From the NCBI GenBank assembly GCA_023213395.1, contig CM041465.1, positions 159,471,741 through 159,535,740 of the forward strand: a stretch of DNA of 64,000 nucleotides, in the 5' to 3' direction. A program made the position numbers and the translations under genes. Below are positions 23,056-36,090 of this stretch, in pieces. The DNA comes from Cycas panzhihuaensis (lineage: Eukaryota > Plantae > Cycadophyta). The first letter of the stretch is position 1. Each line of letters starts with the position of its first letter. The notes under the pieces are model-generated. The model was not told the DNA's origin, made no database searches, and saw nothing but the letters and a program-made list of their open reading frames with translations.

Positions 23056-26000
23056 TGAAAATTTTATCATGGAATATTAGGGGCCTTAATGCCCCGTCGA
23101 AATAGAGAATTATCAGAGATATGAGAAGTAGACATCAACCAGATCTGATATTCCTGCAAGAAACCAAATTAAGCAAGGAGAACGGGCCTAAGATTAGGAA
23201 TAAAATTTGGAAGTTTACTGAAGGCATTAAGGTAGACTATGCCCAAGGAGTTGGGGGTCTAATGGTTTTATGGAATCCGTCTATATGGTCGGGAGAAATC
23301 TTTTTGTTAGAAGAATCCTTCATTTCGGTTTAGTTAACCAATAAAAGCAATAATATCACATGGATTACCACCAATGTGTATGCTCCAAACCTACAAGAAG
23401 CCAGAAAGAGGCTATGGGCTAGATTGATAGAGGCCCACAAGGACTGCCGGCTCCCATGGCTGCTGGCGGGTGATTTTAACTCGGCCTTATCCCTTGGTGA
23501 TAAGAGAGGTGGAATCAAATGGACTACCAAGATGGGTGAGTTCAAATTCTCGCAATAAATGAAGGATGTTAATCTTAGGGGAGCTTCCTTCACCTGGTCC
23601 AACAAACGGCTAGGGGATAACCTTATTCAAATTAAGCTGGACAGGATGCTGTTCAATTACGATTGGGCAAGGTGCTTCAAGGACTTCACCCTGGAGGCCT
23701 TGCCAAGGACCAGCTCTGATCATTCGCCTCTTTTGATGTAATTCTCAGATATGGGTAAGTTTATCATGGCCCCCTTTAGATTTGAATTGATGTGGCTTCG
23801 ACACCCTAATCTTCATAAGAGGATTGAGGAATGGTGGAGCATCAAAATTAAAGGACATGTAATGTACAGATTCTCCAAGAAGTTGGACTGGGTCAAAAGG
23901 AAAGTCAAGGTTTGGAATAAGGAAATTTTCCTAAATATAAATGATCAAAAGGATAAGACCATCCAGGATTTGAAAAATACTCAAGAACGGATTGAGCGGT
24001 TAGGCAGATCTCCAGAGCTGGATAAGGTAGAGAAGTAGCTGACTGAGTCTCTGGAAGAGATTCTCATCAGGGAGGAAATTCACTGGAGACAAAATCTAGG
24101 GCTTTGTGGTTGGCCGAAGGAGATAGAAATACTAGATTCTTTCATATGACCACAATAAAACATAGAGCGAACAACAGAATCAGTAGACTTCAAAGAGACA
24201 ATGGGACAGTAGCTAGTTCGGCGGAGGAAATGAAGGAGATGGCCAGTGATTATTTCAAGGATCTATTTGCAGAACCGCTAGATGGGGATGTGGAGTTGAG
24301 GAAGGAATTCCTTAACAACATCCCTTGTTTTGTGAATGACGCCTAAAATGCTCAGATTATAGTTCCTTTCACCCAGGATGAGGTTAGGGTGGTGCTCTTC
24401 AGTATGAAGAGAGACAAAGCTCCTGGCCCTGACAGTTTCCCTCTGGGGTTTTTCCAAGAATACTGGGATATTATTAAGGGGGACCTAATGGAAGCGCTCC
24501 AGGAGTTTTATGTAAACAGAAAGATCTTGCAAGAGTGGCAGACTATCTTCCTGTTCCTCATCCCCAAAAAAGAGGGTGCGAAAAGGATGGAAGATTTCCG
24601 CCCTATTAGCCTCTACAACGTTAAATACAAAATCATAACCAAAGTTCTGGTTAATAGATTAAAGAAAATTATGCCAAACATCATCTCCCAGAACCAAGAT
24701 GGGCTTCTTCAGGGAAGATAGATCTATGATGGTTATATCGTCGTTCACGAGACTATTCACTCTGCTGTAGAAAGGAAAGAGCCTGTGATGCTCATCAAGA
24801 TTGATCTCACGAAGGCCTTTGATAGGGTCTCCTGGGAGTGTTTGCTCGATTGCTTAAGGGCTTTTGGTTTTGGGGAGACTTGGCGATCATGGATAAAACT
24901 TTGCATTGGGAACCCGCAGTTCTCGGTTATCATCAACGGCTCATCTTCAAGCTTCTTCCCAGGATTCAGGGGGTTAAGGCAGGGGGACCCTCTCTCTCCT
25001 TTTTTGTTTATCATGATGGCTGAATTGTTGGGCAGATCCTTGGAGGCTATGAGGGGATAAGGGGTCATAGATGGTATTAAACCGACATCGGGGATGGATA
25101 ATGTGGCCCATCATCAATTTGTGGACGACAACATCTTCCTAGGGAAGGCTGCTATAAGGGAGGCTACCAATTTTAAAGAGATTTTGCGCCATTTCGAGAA
25201 GGCCACGAATCAGAAGATAAACCTGAATAAGAGTAATGTTTTCTTTATAAACACCCCTGGGCATATTCAAGGCAAAATCAGTAAAATCCTGGAGATGAGC
25301 ATAAAAAAGCTCCCCACAACTTATCTTGGGCTACCACTCTTTGTTGGGAAGATGACCAAGGATATGTGGAATCCCCTCATAGACAGGTTGCAAAGGAAGA
25401 TGGATGGCTAGAAAGGGGCCCTCTTAAGTTAAGCTGGAAAGCTCTAGCTTGTTGCCTCCATGCTGCAAAGCATCCCAGTCTTCTGGATGTCCATCTTTAG
25501 GGTCCCAGCGGGTGTTTCAGACACCATAGGATCTATTCAGAAGAGATTCCTTTGGTCGGGGGTTGAGAACAAAGACAGGATACACTTGGTCAGCTGGAAT
25601 AAAGTCTGTATGCCAAAATGGGTCGGAGGCCTAAATTTGAGAAGACTTTCTCTCTTTTAACGTAGCCTTAGGGGCAAAGATGGGCTGGCGTCTACTAAAA
25701 GGTGGGGAGAGGCTTTGGGAAAAGATCCTAACTAGGAAATATGTACAAGGAGGTTCTCTCGTAGGTAATGATATCTCTCAGGTTGGATCAACTATATGGA
25801 GGAGTATCCTTAAAGCTTGGAAGGCTATAAGGAACGGTCTGAAATGGAGACTAGGTGATGGGAACTCCATAAGATTCTAGGAGGATGCATGGTGTTGTGA
25901 CAAAGCACTTAAGGATTACCTAGACCTGGAACCCATTATGGGCCTTGTGTCAGGTTTTTCGGTAGATATATTAAGGATTATTGGGCTGGAAGTGGAAAAA

Positions 26001-27241
26001 ATAGGATTTGGAAGACACTAGTGGAAATCCAAGGGGAAAGTCAAGCCCAACAAGAAGGCCTTAACAAGATCAACGGGATTCTTGGCAAGTGCTACATCCC
26101 CAGATCTCCTTCTTTGGACTCGGTTGTGTGGCCCCTGAGCTCATCCGGTGACTACACTGTTAAACAAGGATACCATTACTTATATCAAATAAGAGGGAAC
26201 CAGAGTAACCCTATCCTCGAAGGGGTCTGGAAGCTCCCTATCATTCCCAAGATCGCAGTATTCTGGTGGACCTACTTAAGAAACAAAATTCTTACAGTTG
26301 ATAATCTAAAAAGAAGAGGTTTTATAATGGCAAATAGATGTACTTTATGTTGCTCGAAAGAGAAATCCATGGACCACATCTTCCTTGAGTGCTCTTACAC
26401 AAGGGAGGTGTGGAGGATGTTATTGGGAAAGCTAGAGGTAAGCTAGACATTTTTGGAAAGGATTGTTGACCTTTGGCTAGCTTGGATAAGCCCATTCAGG
26501 AGCAGAACATTGAGTTGTATCTAGAAGAATGCACTCCCGATTCTAGCCTGGAACATATGGAAAGAGAGGAACCGCAGAATTTTTTAGGCGAATCAGATAG
26601 ACTAGATTGCTATTTTCAACAGAATTTGTATGGACATAAGGGAGAATGTCAGAAATGTTAAAGAAAATTGTATGTCCCTGACAGAGAATAGGATCCTGAG
26701 CAAATGGGGTATAGAACTAGCTTTTAAGGTTGTGCAGCCCAAATGCAGCAGGTGGCTACCTCCCAAGGAGCCCTGGATCAAAATAAATTTCGATGGGGCA
26801 GCGAAAGGGAATCCCAGGGACGCTGGGGGAGGAGGTATCTGTAGGGATCACACTGGGTCCCCAATCTGGGCTTTTGCAGAATTCTATAATTGCCAGACAA
26901 ATCATTATGCTGAGATGCATGCCATGCTTAAAGCTATTGATCTTGCTACGGAAGGTAATTTTTAGAGATTGGTAATTGAGGGTGACTCTGAGGTTGTGGT
27001 AAAAACACTGAAAGACAAGGCTCTCCCAGATTGGAGATTCCAACCCTTATTCAACGATGCTAAGGAAATCATTAAAGGGCTGGCAGAAGTCCGTATAAGG
27101 CATACTCTGAGAGAAGGGAACAAGCCAGCTGACTTTCTAGCAAACTGGGGAGTGAGACACAGGACAGGCCAAGAATGGATGATTGATTTCCCTAGGGACC
27201 TCATGGTTCTGATAGAGAAGGATATGATCTGCATCAGCTAG
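23055..27241 (+). pseudogene. LINE ORF2 (AP-endonuclease, RT, zf-RVT, RNase H), multiple stops and frameshifts
   Basis: MKILSWNIRGLN; FLQETK; GDFN; KLDR; SDHSP; KAPGPD; FRPISL; DLTKAFDRV; GLRQGDPLSP; QFVDD; YLGLPL; NFDGAAKGNP; IEGDS; REGNKPADFLAN. Confidence 0.95.
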
Positions 27242-27409
27242 CCATGGGGCTTGTCCTGGCATCTAGCTCACTGGCCTAGACCATGGGGCTGTCACGGTCA
27301 TATATTATCTAGATGCTCTATACTCCTTGATGTAATAGGTTGTGGGATCCTCTTTCAAACCCACTGAAAATTCATTTTATCTAATAAAAAAAAAAAGTTC
27401 TATAATAAA

Positions 27410-28620
27410 ACACCATAAGAAGGTTAAGAACATTAGAAAAAGCAAGCTACAATAGAGTACATTTTGTGAATACTTCTAGTAGAATTATATTTTAGAATAC
27501 CATTTAGAAAAGAAAAAAGATTATTTCCATGAACTAAACTTAAGGCATAATGAATGTCGAAGAATATGAGAAGGAAATTATGAACCTTCTTAAGTATACA
27601 CCTTATATATAATAGGAAAGTATGAAGGTATATAAATTTATAAATGTTCTGAATAAAGTAATCCAAGGTCAAATTAAGATTTTAGACCTAAAAAACTTAG
27701 AAGCAAAAATTAGGAAGGCTAAGTATTAGGAGGAATAATAGACTAAGTAATAAGATAATCACCTCGGATGAAAGGATAAGCTTCATGAGAACTATGAATA
27801 ATAAAAGAGAGAATTTCAAACCCCTCCTCCTTTACATAGTATAAGGAGTAATAACTAGTTCTAAGGGTTATAAGGATCCAATCACACTTAAGGACTCCTC
27901 CCATAACACTTATTTCTAATGTGGTGAAAAAGAATATTATGTAGAAGAGTGTCTAAGGAGGAAAAATGTAAGATGTAGATCCTATAACATGGAGATGCAA
28001 CTGACAATGGTAAATGTAGTTAGGGAGAGAGGACTTATGGGAGTGTATATAATTATTGAGGGATAATAAGTAAATCACTAATCTACCATTATATAAGTAC
28101 AAGGTAAAATCTTTAATTAATACATTTCCATATTAATTAATTTAGGTAGCAATCATAATTTTATATCACCTAGAATTATGAGGAGATATAAACTCAAGCC
28201 AAAAATATGAGGATATATAGGTTATTCTTATAGAAAATAGAAGTAATAAGATAATAGCCAAATTCATCCCAAACTCTAAATTAGAATAGAAATTATCAAA
28301 TAGTCACATAACCTTTCAAGTATTACCACTTTAAGATTATGATATCATAATAGGTCTCAATTGGTTGGAAGGACATCTAGATAAAGTGGACTTTTATAAT
28401 AAGATTGAAGAAATCATAGATGATAAAAGATCTTCTAAGATCATTTAAGAAAAAAATCAACTATCTTTAAATAGATAGATTTAACCATGCAAGTCAAGAG
28501 GAGTTCATGAAAAGGGTATCAAATTTATATGACCTTTATTAGTAATAAAGTTGTCCTAAAGGGTCTCAAGTTGGAAGACAATCCATTATTATAAGAATTC
28601 TTTAATATATTTATAGAGGG
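27410..28620 (+). pseudogene. Degenerate Ty3/gypsy gag-protease fragment
   Basis: MNVEEYEKE..LLKY.P gag pattern, decayed CX2CX4HX4C (~27910-27955), protease ISILINLGSNHNFIS (~28125-28170). Confidence 0.7.
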
Positions 28621-29163
28621 TGCAGTTGACACTAATGATGAATAGAGATAAAAGACTATACGATGCTATGGACAAGAGGGTAGAAAGTATAAAGAATGGC
28701 ATAATAAAATAGAGAAGCACTACATAGGAAAATAGGAATGCTATAAATGTCTTACTATTTAAAAGGAAAGTTCACTTCTTTGAGCTTGTAATGAAGTGAG
28801 ATCCTAGGTCTCGATTTGATACCGCTTGTAATAAATCGAGTGTCTACTACTGTCTTTACATATAAATTTAAGTATTATTAAACATAAATATAATGATGAA
28901 TGCATTTCATGCAAAAAGAAGTTACTAATGAAGTCTCTCAATGACAAGATTCAATTAAATTCAAAAATATATAACAACTAATTATAAGAATGGAAAACTT
29001 TATACAAGTGGCATGTAACTATTCAAATGAATTCCACCTTTTTATATATCCCACCAAGTATATTTTGATATTTTATATCAAATATTCAGATGCTAAACTA
29101 GTTATTAAGCTTAATAAATAGATAACTATTATGGTTACTAACTAAGTTACAAGAAGTGTAACA
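28620..29163 (-). mobile_element. 5' end of another LTR element (LTR ~28827-29163, decayed Met PBS 28813-28824, short leader)
   Basis: GATTTGATACCG-CT-TGTAAT junction; GTAACA at 29158-29163; leader resembles those of the two chromoviruses. Confidence 0.5.
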
Positions 29164-31052
29164 TTTAATAAGTTATTTTTAGAGTAATTTGAGATATATT
29201 TTGGTATTTTTTAATGATTTTCAAGGCTCTTGGATACATGATATAAATCGATGTTTAATGATGATTTTGAATATATGATTGGTTGAAAATTGGCAAAAAT
29301 AGACATATTAAGGCTCATTTATCATACATTTATATCTTAAAATTTAAAGTATAAAATACATGAGAACCTATTTTATTAATGGATGAAAGATAAATGATAC
29401 ATCACATAAGATAAAATAATGAAATGATCCCTCTAAAGAATGAAATATATTTTATGTAGTGTTGTAGCCACTATTAATCAAATGAAAGGACATATTTGGC
29501 ACAAAGTTAATAAAATTATCTAGTTTGATGAAGGACAAAATGGAAAGATAAATACCTAGTTGATTAAAAGAATGAATACAAAAGGACACCACCTAATGAT
29601 TGAAAGAGTTTGATCAATTGAGTTATTATTTGATATTAGTTAGGAGTTGTTGAAAACTTAAGTGTTGAGTTACCTACCTAATATGAGATAAGGAGAGTCT
29701 AATAAGTTTGATTAATTGATTGATTTGTAATAATGATTATGCATTATCTATTAATTAGGATCAACTGTTGAGGGCTCTAGTTCATATGTATTTTTAGTTA
29801 AAAAAATAAAACCACATATGATAAGAGGCATGGAATATATTGTACATGTTACCTTATTACAAAAAACTTGATAAGTTAAGTGGCTAACCCTGTTCCTAGA
29901 GTTAGTTAGTTTGATAAATTGATTGATGAGATTAATTACCAAAAGAACCTGTAAGAGTTACCTTATGCATAATCACTAATTGAGGCAACACATGAGTTTC
30001 TCATATCTCATAAGATAAGAGATAAGAGAATATTCATAAGCTACTCTTATTACAACATATTTATTTAGTTAAGTAGTTTAGTTTATTCCTAAAATATGTT
30101 ATTTTTTATTCGTAAAATTGATAAACCACATTTAAGAAATATTTCTTAGTTAACTAGTGAATATAATGGCTAGTTGCCCATGCATTTTTGTATATTGTTG
30201 ATAATTTATATAGACATTAATAATTTAGTTTGTTGATCATTTTGTTTTATAATTTATAAGTGGAAGATATAAAGTTATCATTAAGAGACTTCATAAATCA
30301 TGACAAGTTTTAGTCATGTTTGTTTAATGATTTATAGCTGGTGATATAATAGATATGATATGAGATGATATGGCATTTTATTGTAGAAGAATAAGTAATA
30401 AATATAAGTTTAATGATTCATATTTACAAGTGATAAAGGTGATATAAGGACATGTGTTAAGTAGGTAATCTAATGTGAAGATGAAGATACATTAGAATTT
30501 TATAAATTAAACATTAAGGGGAAGAATAAGAATACTATATTGTATGAAAATTGATGCAATGTTTAAATATGGATGACTTGTGATTAGTTGATGTAAAAAA
30601 AAAAGGTTCTTATATGTGATCCTATTGGTTGATGTGTCAACATGATATCATTAATTAGTGATGGAATTATACGTATTTGATACACATGAGATGATGGATC
30701 TATAAATAAGTACACACATCAAAAGTGTATTTAAGATAACATAATAAAAAGTTGTTATGCTCAAATCTTCTCCCATGGGTTTTCCTATTAATAGTTTTCC
30801 ACATATAAATTTGGTATCTCATGATGATATCATTCTTTTTTATGATTATATCTATCTATCTATATATCTTTATGTAATGTTCTTGATGATTATCTTAAAC
30901 ACATCATAAATTATTTATATGACATTTATAGTTTATACAAGTTATATATTGATGCTTCACACAGTTCTATCTACTTGATTATATAGGTTGCTATAAAATT
31001 TGCATCCTATATTAGAACTTGTGCAAGAATTTTAATATCATAAAGCTTTAAT
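29164..31052 (+). mobile_element. 5'-truncated non-autonomous copia-like LTR element (internal region, PPT ~30515-30524, 3' LTR), same family as 45738-56038
   Basis: Reverse-complement similarity to 45750-46900, e.g. ATCTCATAAGATAAGAGATAAGAGAATATTCATAAG versus 46745-46785. Confidence 0.7.
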
Positions 31053-34000
31053 AAAATGGGAAAAAATGGATTTCAAATTAGTTGGAGCGAGTGCAATTTA
31101 ATCTTAAAAGGAGGTTGAAACAATAATAAGTATTAGTAAAACAAAGTTAAAAAGAAGTATTAGTTAAATAGAGTTCAATAATGCACTTAAGGATATGAAA
31201 CATGATATCCTTTATGGATGAATAGTTAATAAGGTTGGAATTATGAAGGAAATAAGATAATCCCTGATCACATTTAAGAATGGGTATGTAATAGTCCTAA
31301 AACTAATGATGGAAGTTAATATTTTTATTTATTTATAAAATTGGTTTTCTAAGGGGGTGCCTATTTTTACTCATAAAAATGAAGGCTCTAATTTATTTAT
31401 GTATGCCATTTTACTTCATTATGGATTAATCTTATTAATTAATACTTTGGTACCTAATAAATTACATCTAACTATTATTATTTATTAGCATTCTAATATT
31501 ACCCTAATTTTGTTGAATATATATCTACTATATTCTATGGCATTATCATTCATAATTAAAATTTGTCATTAGACCCACTACATTTGGTATCAAAGAGTGG
31601 CATTTATATCCATTAAAGTGCATATAATTGAATGGTGTCGGTACCTCAAGGAAAGGGATTTTCATATAGAATATGGGGTGATTTTCATCTAGTGTTTAAA
31701 TTATCTAACCATTAGATATTTAAATATGTATAATTAGTGCCAAGTCATGATAGATTTATGACCCCTTAGATATGAATAATTGAGATGCATTCCATCTTAA
31801 AAGGCATCATCAATAAATAACAAGTGTATCATAAAGCATATGTACCTAAGAGATATTTATTTAAGGAAAAATGTAGAAGTTGTGATAGAGGAAGAACCTA
31901 AGAGAGGTACAATTTTAGTTTGAAATATATGAGAGACTCATAATCTTACTTAAGAAAGGAAATTTGAATCACCTAGCAAGGGATGGGCCATATGAATTAT
32001 TATGTTGACAAAGTAGTGAAGTATGGTATTTGAAGTTACTAATTTAAAGGAGGCATGGGATATTTTATTGGGGATATATTGCCAAGATTTACAGCATGTA
32101 GTCTAAGGTGGATTTTGTAATGGAAACTTCAATCAACAAGATGAAGGGTAGATGACAATCCCCATGGTCTAAGGAACACAAAAACATCTCTTTTTATTAA
32201 TTGTTATCACTATTATACTATCAAAGATCTTGACCATTGTGTCAACCATTGTTCAATACTACATTTCCCACTACTATATTATCTCTAATATATATTTAAT
32301 TATAATTTACCATTAATGTATTATGTTACCAATAAAGTATAGAGAGTGCATGGTTTAGAGCTCATATAGAATCCAATAGAAAAGAATAAAGACTGAATTT
32401 AGGAGTAATACACATTTGTGCATATTAATGATGTTGGCTACAAAATGTGGTGGGTCCTATACAAAAATAAGTTGTAGTATTTAAAGACATCATTGATGTA
32501 TTATTATTATTATCATAGTGTATTACAACATTATTAATGTATTAAATAAAATTCAAAGGTATCAAGAGATACCATTTTAATCTTAGGATTCCATGTTTGC
32601 TCATTGTTATTTTATTTATGTTATTCTTTATTTTTTCATATGGTATTAAAAGCATATGCTAGGTATGTTTCTAATTCATTATTTTTTGGGTTGTGCCATT
32701 TTCTAGTTAACTTAATAAGTTGGTTTCATAGAGTTGGTTAGTGGTAGTACCCATTAATATTATACTTGCGAGATTAAGTGTGAGAGAGAATGATGAGTTA
32801 TACCTGATCCAGTCACATTATTAGTGTTTAAATCTATTATTTTTGTTTAGTTGGCTTATTCCAAGTATATGCTTAGAACCTATTTGACCTAATTACAAAT
32901 TGGTCTATTTTGTTATTTTTTACATCAACATCATCAAGTTTGATCTATGTGCTATCCTTTACTTTGGTCAAAACATCATAACCATCATGAGTTCATTATA
33001 ACTATCCTACATGAGGAAGTTGAATAATTAATCTATGTTCATTTTAAATACATGTTACATCATTGAGTTTATTTTGCCACTAAGATTCATTGATTCACTA
33101 CTATTCACTAAAACCTGATCTATTAACTCATCACTAAATTTTGTTCTCTAAAGAATTGTCCTCATCACGTTTTGTATTTTTGCCATGGAGAAATTATCAT
33201 ACCTTAATTTTTTTTTTTTTTATGTTAGTGATTATCATTAAATTTAATTGATATGATCTAATTATAGATTGATTTCAATTCATTTTATTATAGCTTTGTT
33301 GCAAAAAATCATGCATAGAGGTGGATTTTAGCTTAGGAATTTTTTTTTTTTCTAAAGGTTTAATTTAATTTAACTACATTAGAAAATAATTTAGGGTCTA
33401 TTAGCCCTTTAGTGAGATAGCCCTTAGTCATATGTAGCTCTCAATGTGACTATCCACTAATTAGTTAAAGGGGCTAAGCCCTAATATGCGTAGTTTTATT
33501 TTAAAAAAAGGGTACTTGTCTTCTTTCTTTAATATCTTTTCAACTAGGAGTTCATTTTTCAAACCATCTAAGTTGTTGGGATCCTATTTTATAGAACATT
33601 ATTTTGAGATGTTATTTGAGGTATTTTCAAGTTATTTTGACAAAATGTTTTAAGTTTAAAGTCAATGTATTAACTAAGGAATTTTATCTTTTGTAAGAAA
33701 ATAAATGTTCTTTTTTCCTTTTTTTTTGACCCTAAGGGAAGTCTACTTTGAACCCTAGAGGTATGTTATAAAGGTAATTTGATCAAAATATTTATAATTA
33801 TATTTTTTAGTCCTTTCAAGGATAAGGAGGCAAAAGGGAGCCCTAAATTTGAGGGACAAGGTTAATATCCCTAATTTGAGGGATATGTGTGCTTGTGTGC
33901 TTACTTGCTCTTATTTATGTTTAATTTTCATTTATAAGATGACATCTTCTTTAGACTTTTTAAATTTTATTATTCCCAAGTTTAATATAAATAATTACTT

Positions 34001-36090
34001 GATGTGGTTAAGGAGAATCAAACCTTCTTTGCAATTTAGAAATTTATAGGACATTACTTCCAAAGGATATACAATTCTAGTGCTTATTTCTCCTACTACT
34101 TAATTAATAACTGATCAAGAAAAAAAATAGTTAGAACTTGAAAGGAAAGATAGTGATACACTCAATTTTATTTTTACTTATTTAGAGCATGAAATAATTT
34201 AAAAATTACTTTTGAAGGTGTTATTGGTCTAAGGTTGCAAAGCCTAAGAAGAAACTTTGAGAATCTTAAAATACTTTCTTTTAAATCTGTAATGAATTTC
34301 ATCACTAAGATTTAAGATTTGGTTAATCAAATGAGATCCTTAATAAATGTCTAAATAAATAATTACAGAGAAAATCCTAAGTACTAGTGAAATAAAAACG
34401 TTCCAAAATATTGTTGCTATTATTGAGATCACAAAAGATTTATCTACTATGACTATTGATCAATTGCTTGCAATTCTATTTATAGTAGGAAAATAGAATA
34501 GGACCTCAAATTAGAATTTAGAATAAGCATTTGGCTTAATGGATTGCTTTAAAAGAATATTTAGGAGAGAAAATTTTTAAGAGAATTCTCAAATAAACTT
34601 TCAAAGAAATCAAGGAAATTTTCATTCTAGAGAAAGATCTTATGGAAGAAGTCTAATGACAGGTAGAGGAAGTAACAAAACTCCTACACCTCAAGGAAGA
34701 GGTAGGGATAGAGGTTTTATACCTCCATATTTTAGATATAATATCTGTGGTCATTTTGCTAATGAATAATAAGTGAGAAGGATTTATTCGATAAATACAA
34801 GTGCTAATAGACTAAGGAATGAAAATCTATTTTACACTAGCTTGAGTTCTCAATCTTTAAATAATGAGTGGAATATTGACTCAAGATGCTATACATATAT
34901 GTCTCACAATACCAATATGTATTCAAAGATTGAAGATAATGATAAAGAGTAAAAAGTTATTTTTGGTGACGATAATACTCAATAAGTTCAAGGACAAAGT
35001 GTTATTTTTATTCAAATAGATAATGAAGAGAACAAAAATATTGGTAATGTCTTACTTATACTAGGTTTGAAGATGAATTTCCCATCTATTAGTTAAATTA
35101 TAGAACAAAAATACAAGTTAGTATTTGATGACAGTGAATGTAAAATTCATGACAAGTTGTTAAAGGTCAAATGACTAGAGATAGATTGCTCAAACTTATG
35201 CTTTGTTCTCAAACCCAAGCCTTAAATGGTTTAATTATTGATGATAGTATACTTTGATGTAATCATTATGGTCATCTTAGTTATGGTGGATTTATTCCTT
35301 TGAGGAAGAAATAAATGCTTAAAGGTCTTCCATTTATCCATGGTAATAGTGATGTGTGTCAAAGATATGTTTATGGAAAACAACATAAAAATAGTTTCTT
35401 TAAATAAAAAATTTAATCCCAACATCCTCTAGAGTTAATGCAAGTTGATTTGTGTGGTCCCATGAAGACTTTATTATTTGGAACTATGATATATTTCATG
35501 ATCTTGGTTGATGATTTCACAAGAAAGATTTATATATTTTTTCTCAAGAAAAAATTTGAAACATTTTTTAGATTTATTAAATTCAGAGTTATGACTAAAA
35601 GAAAAAGTAGATTCAAGTTGAAAATTCTTTGTTTAGATAAGGAGGAGAATTCATCTCAAATGGATTTAAAGATTTTTATAATAAAGTTATAATAAAGATA
35701 TTATTTACAACTCCATATACATCTTAGTAAAATGCAATATGCACATTGAAAGAAAGATAAGAAGATTATATAAATGGAAAGATGCATATTAAAAGCAAAA
35801 GAACTTGATGATAAATTTTGGACCAAATTCATAAATAATGTAGTTTTCTTGTTGAATACAAGTCCTATCAAAGCTTTAGAGAACTTAACTCCAGAAGGAG
35901 CTTGGACAAGTTATAAACCTAATGTGAGTAATTTGAAAGTATTTGGTTGTATTGCATATGCAAATATTCCTAATAAGAAAAGAATAAAGTTAGAAAGAAA
36001 AAGTATTAAATCTATTTTTATAGGATATTCAAGTGAATAAAAAGCCTATGGATTATTTGATCCTATAGCAAAGAAGTACTCTACAAGTAG

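Larger units (their letters stand above)
21225..27395 (+). mobile_element. Apparently full-length L1-clade LINE with RNase H
   Basis: 14 bp TSD AGTTCTATAATAAA (21211-21224 and 27396-27409), poly(A) tail, ~440 bp 5'UTR, ORF1 and ORF2. Confidence 0.96.

Noticed and set aside
21664-27241. LINE ORF fragments as functional CDS
   Set aside because: They are interrupted by many stops and frameshifts, so they are annotated as pseudogenes.
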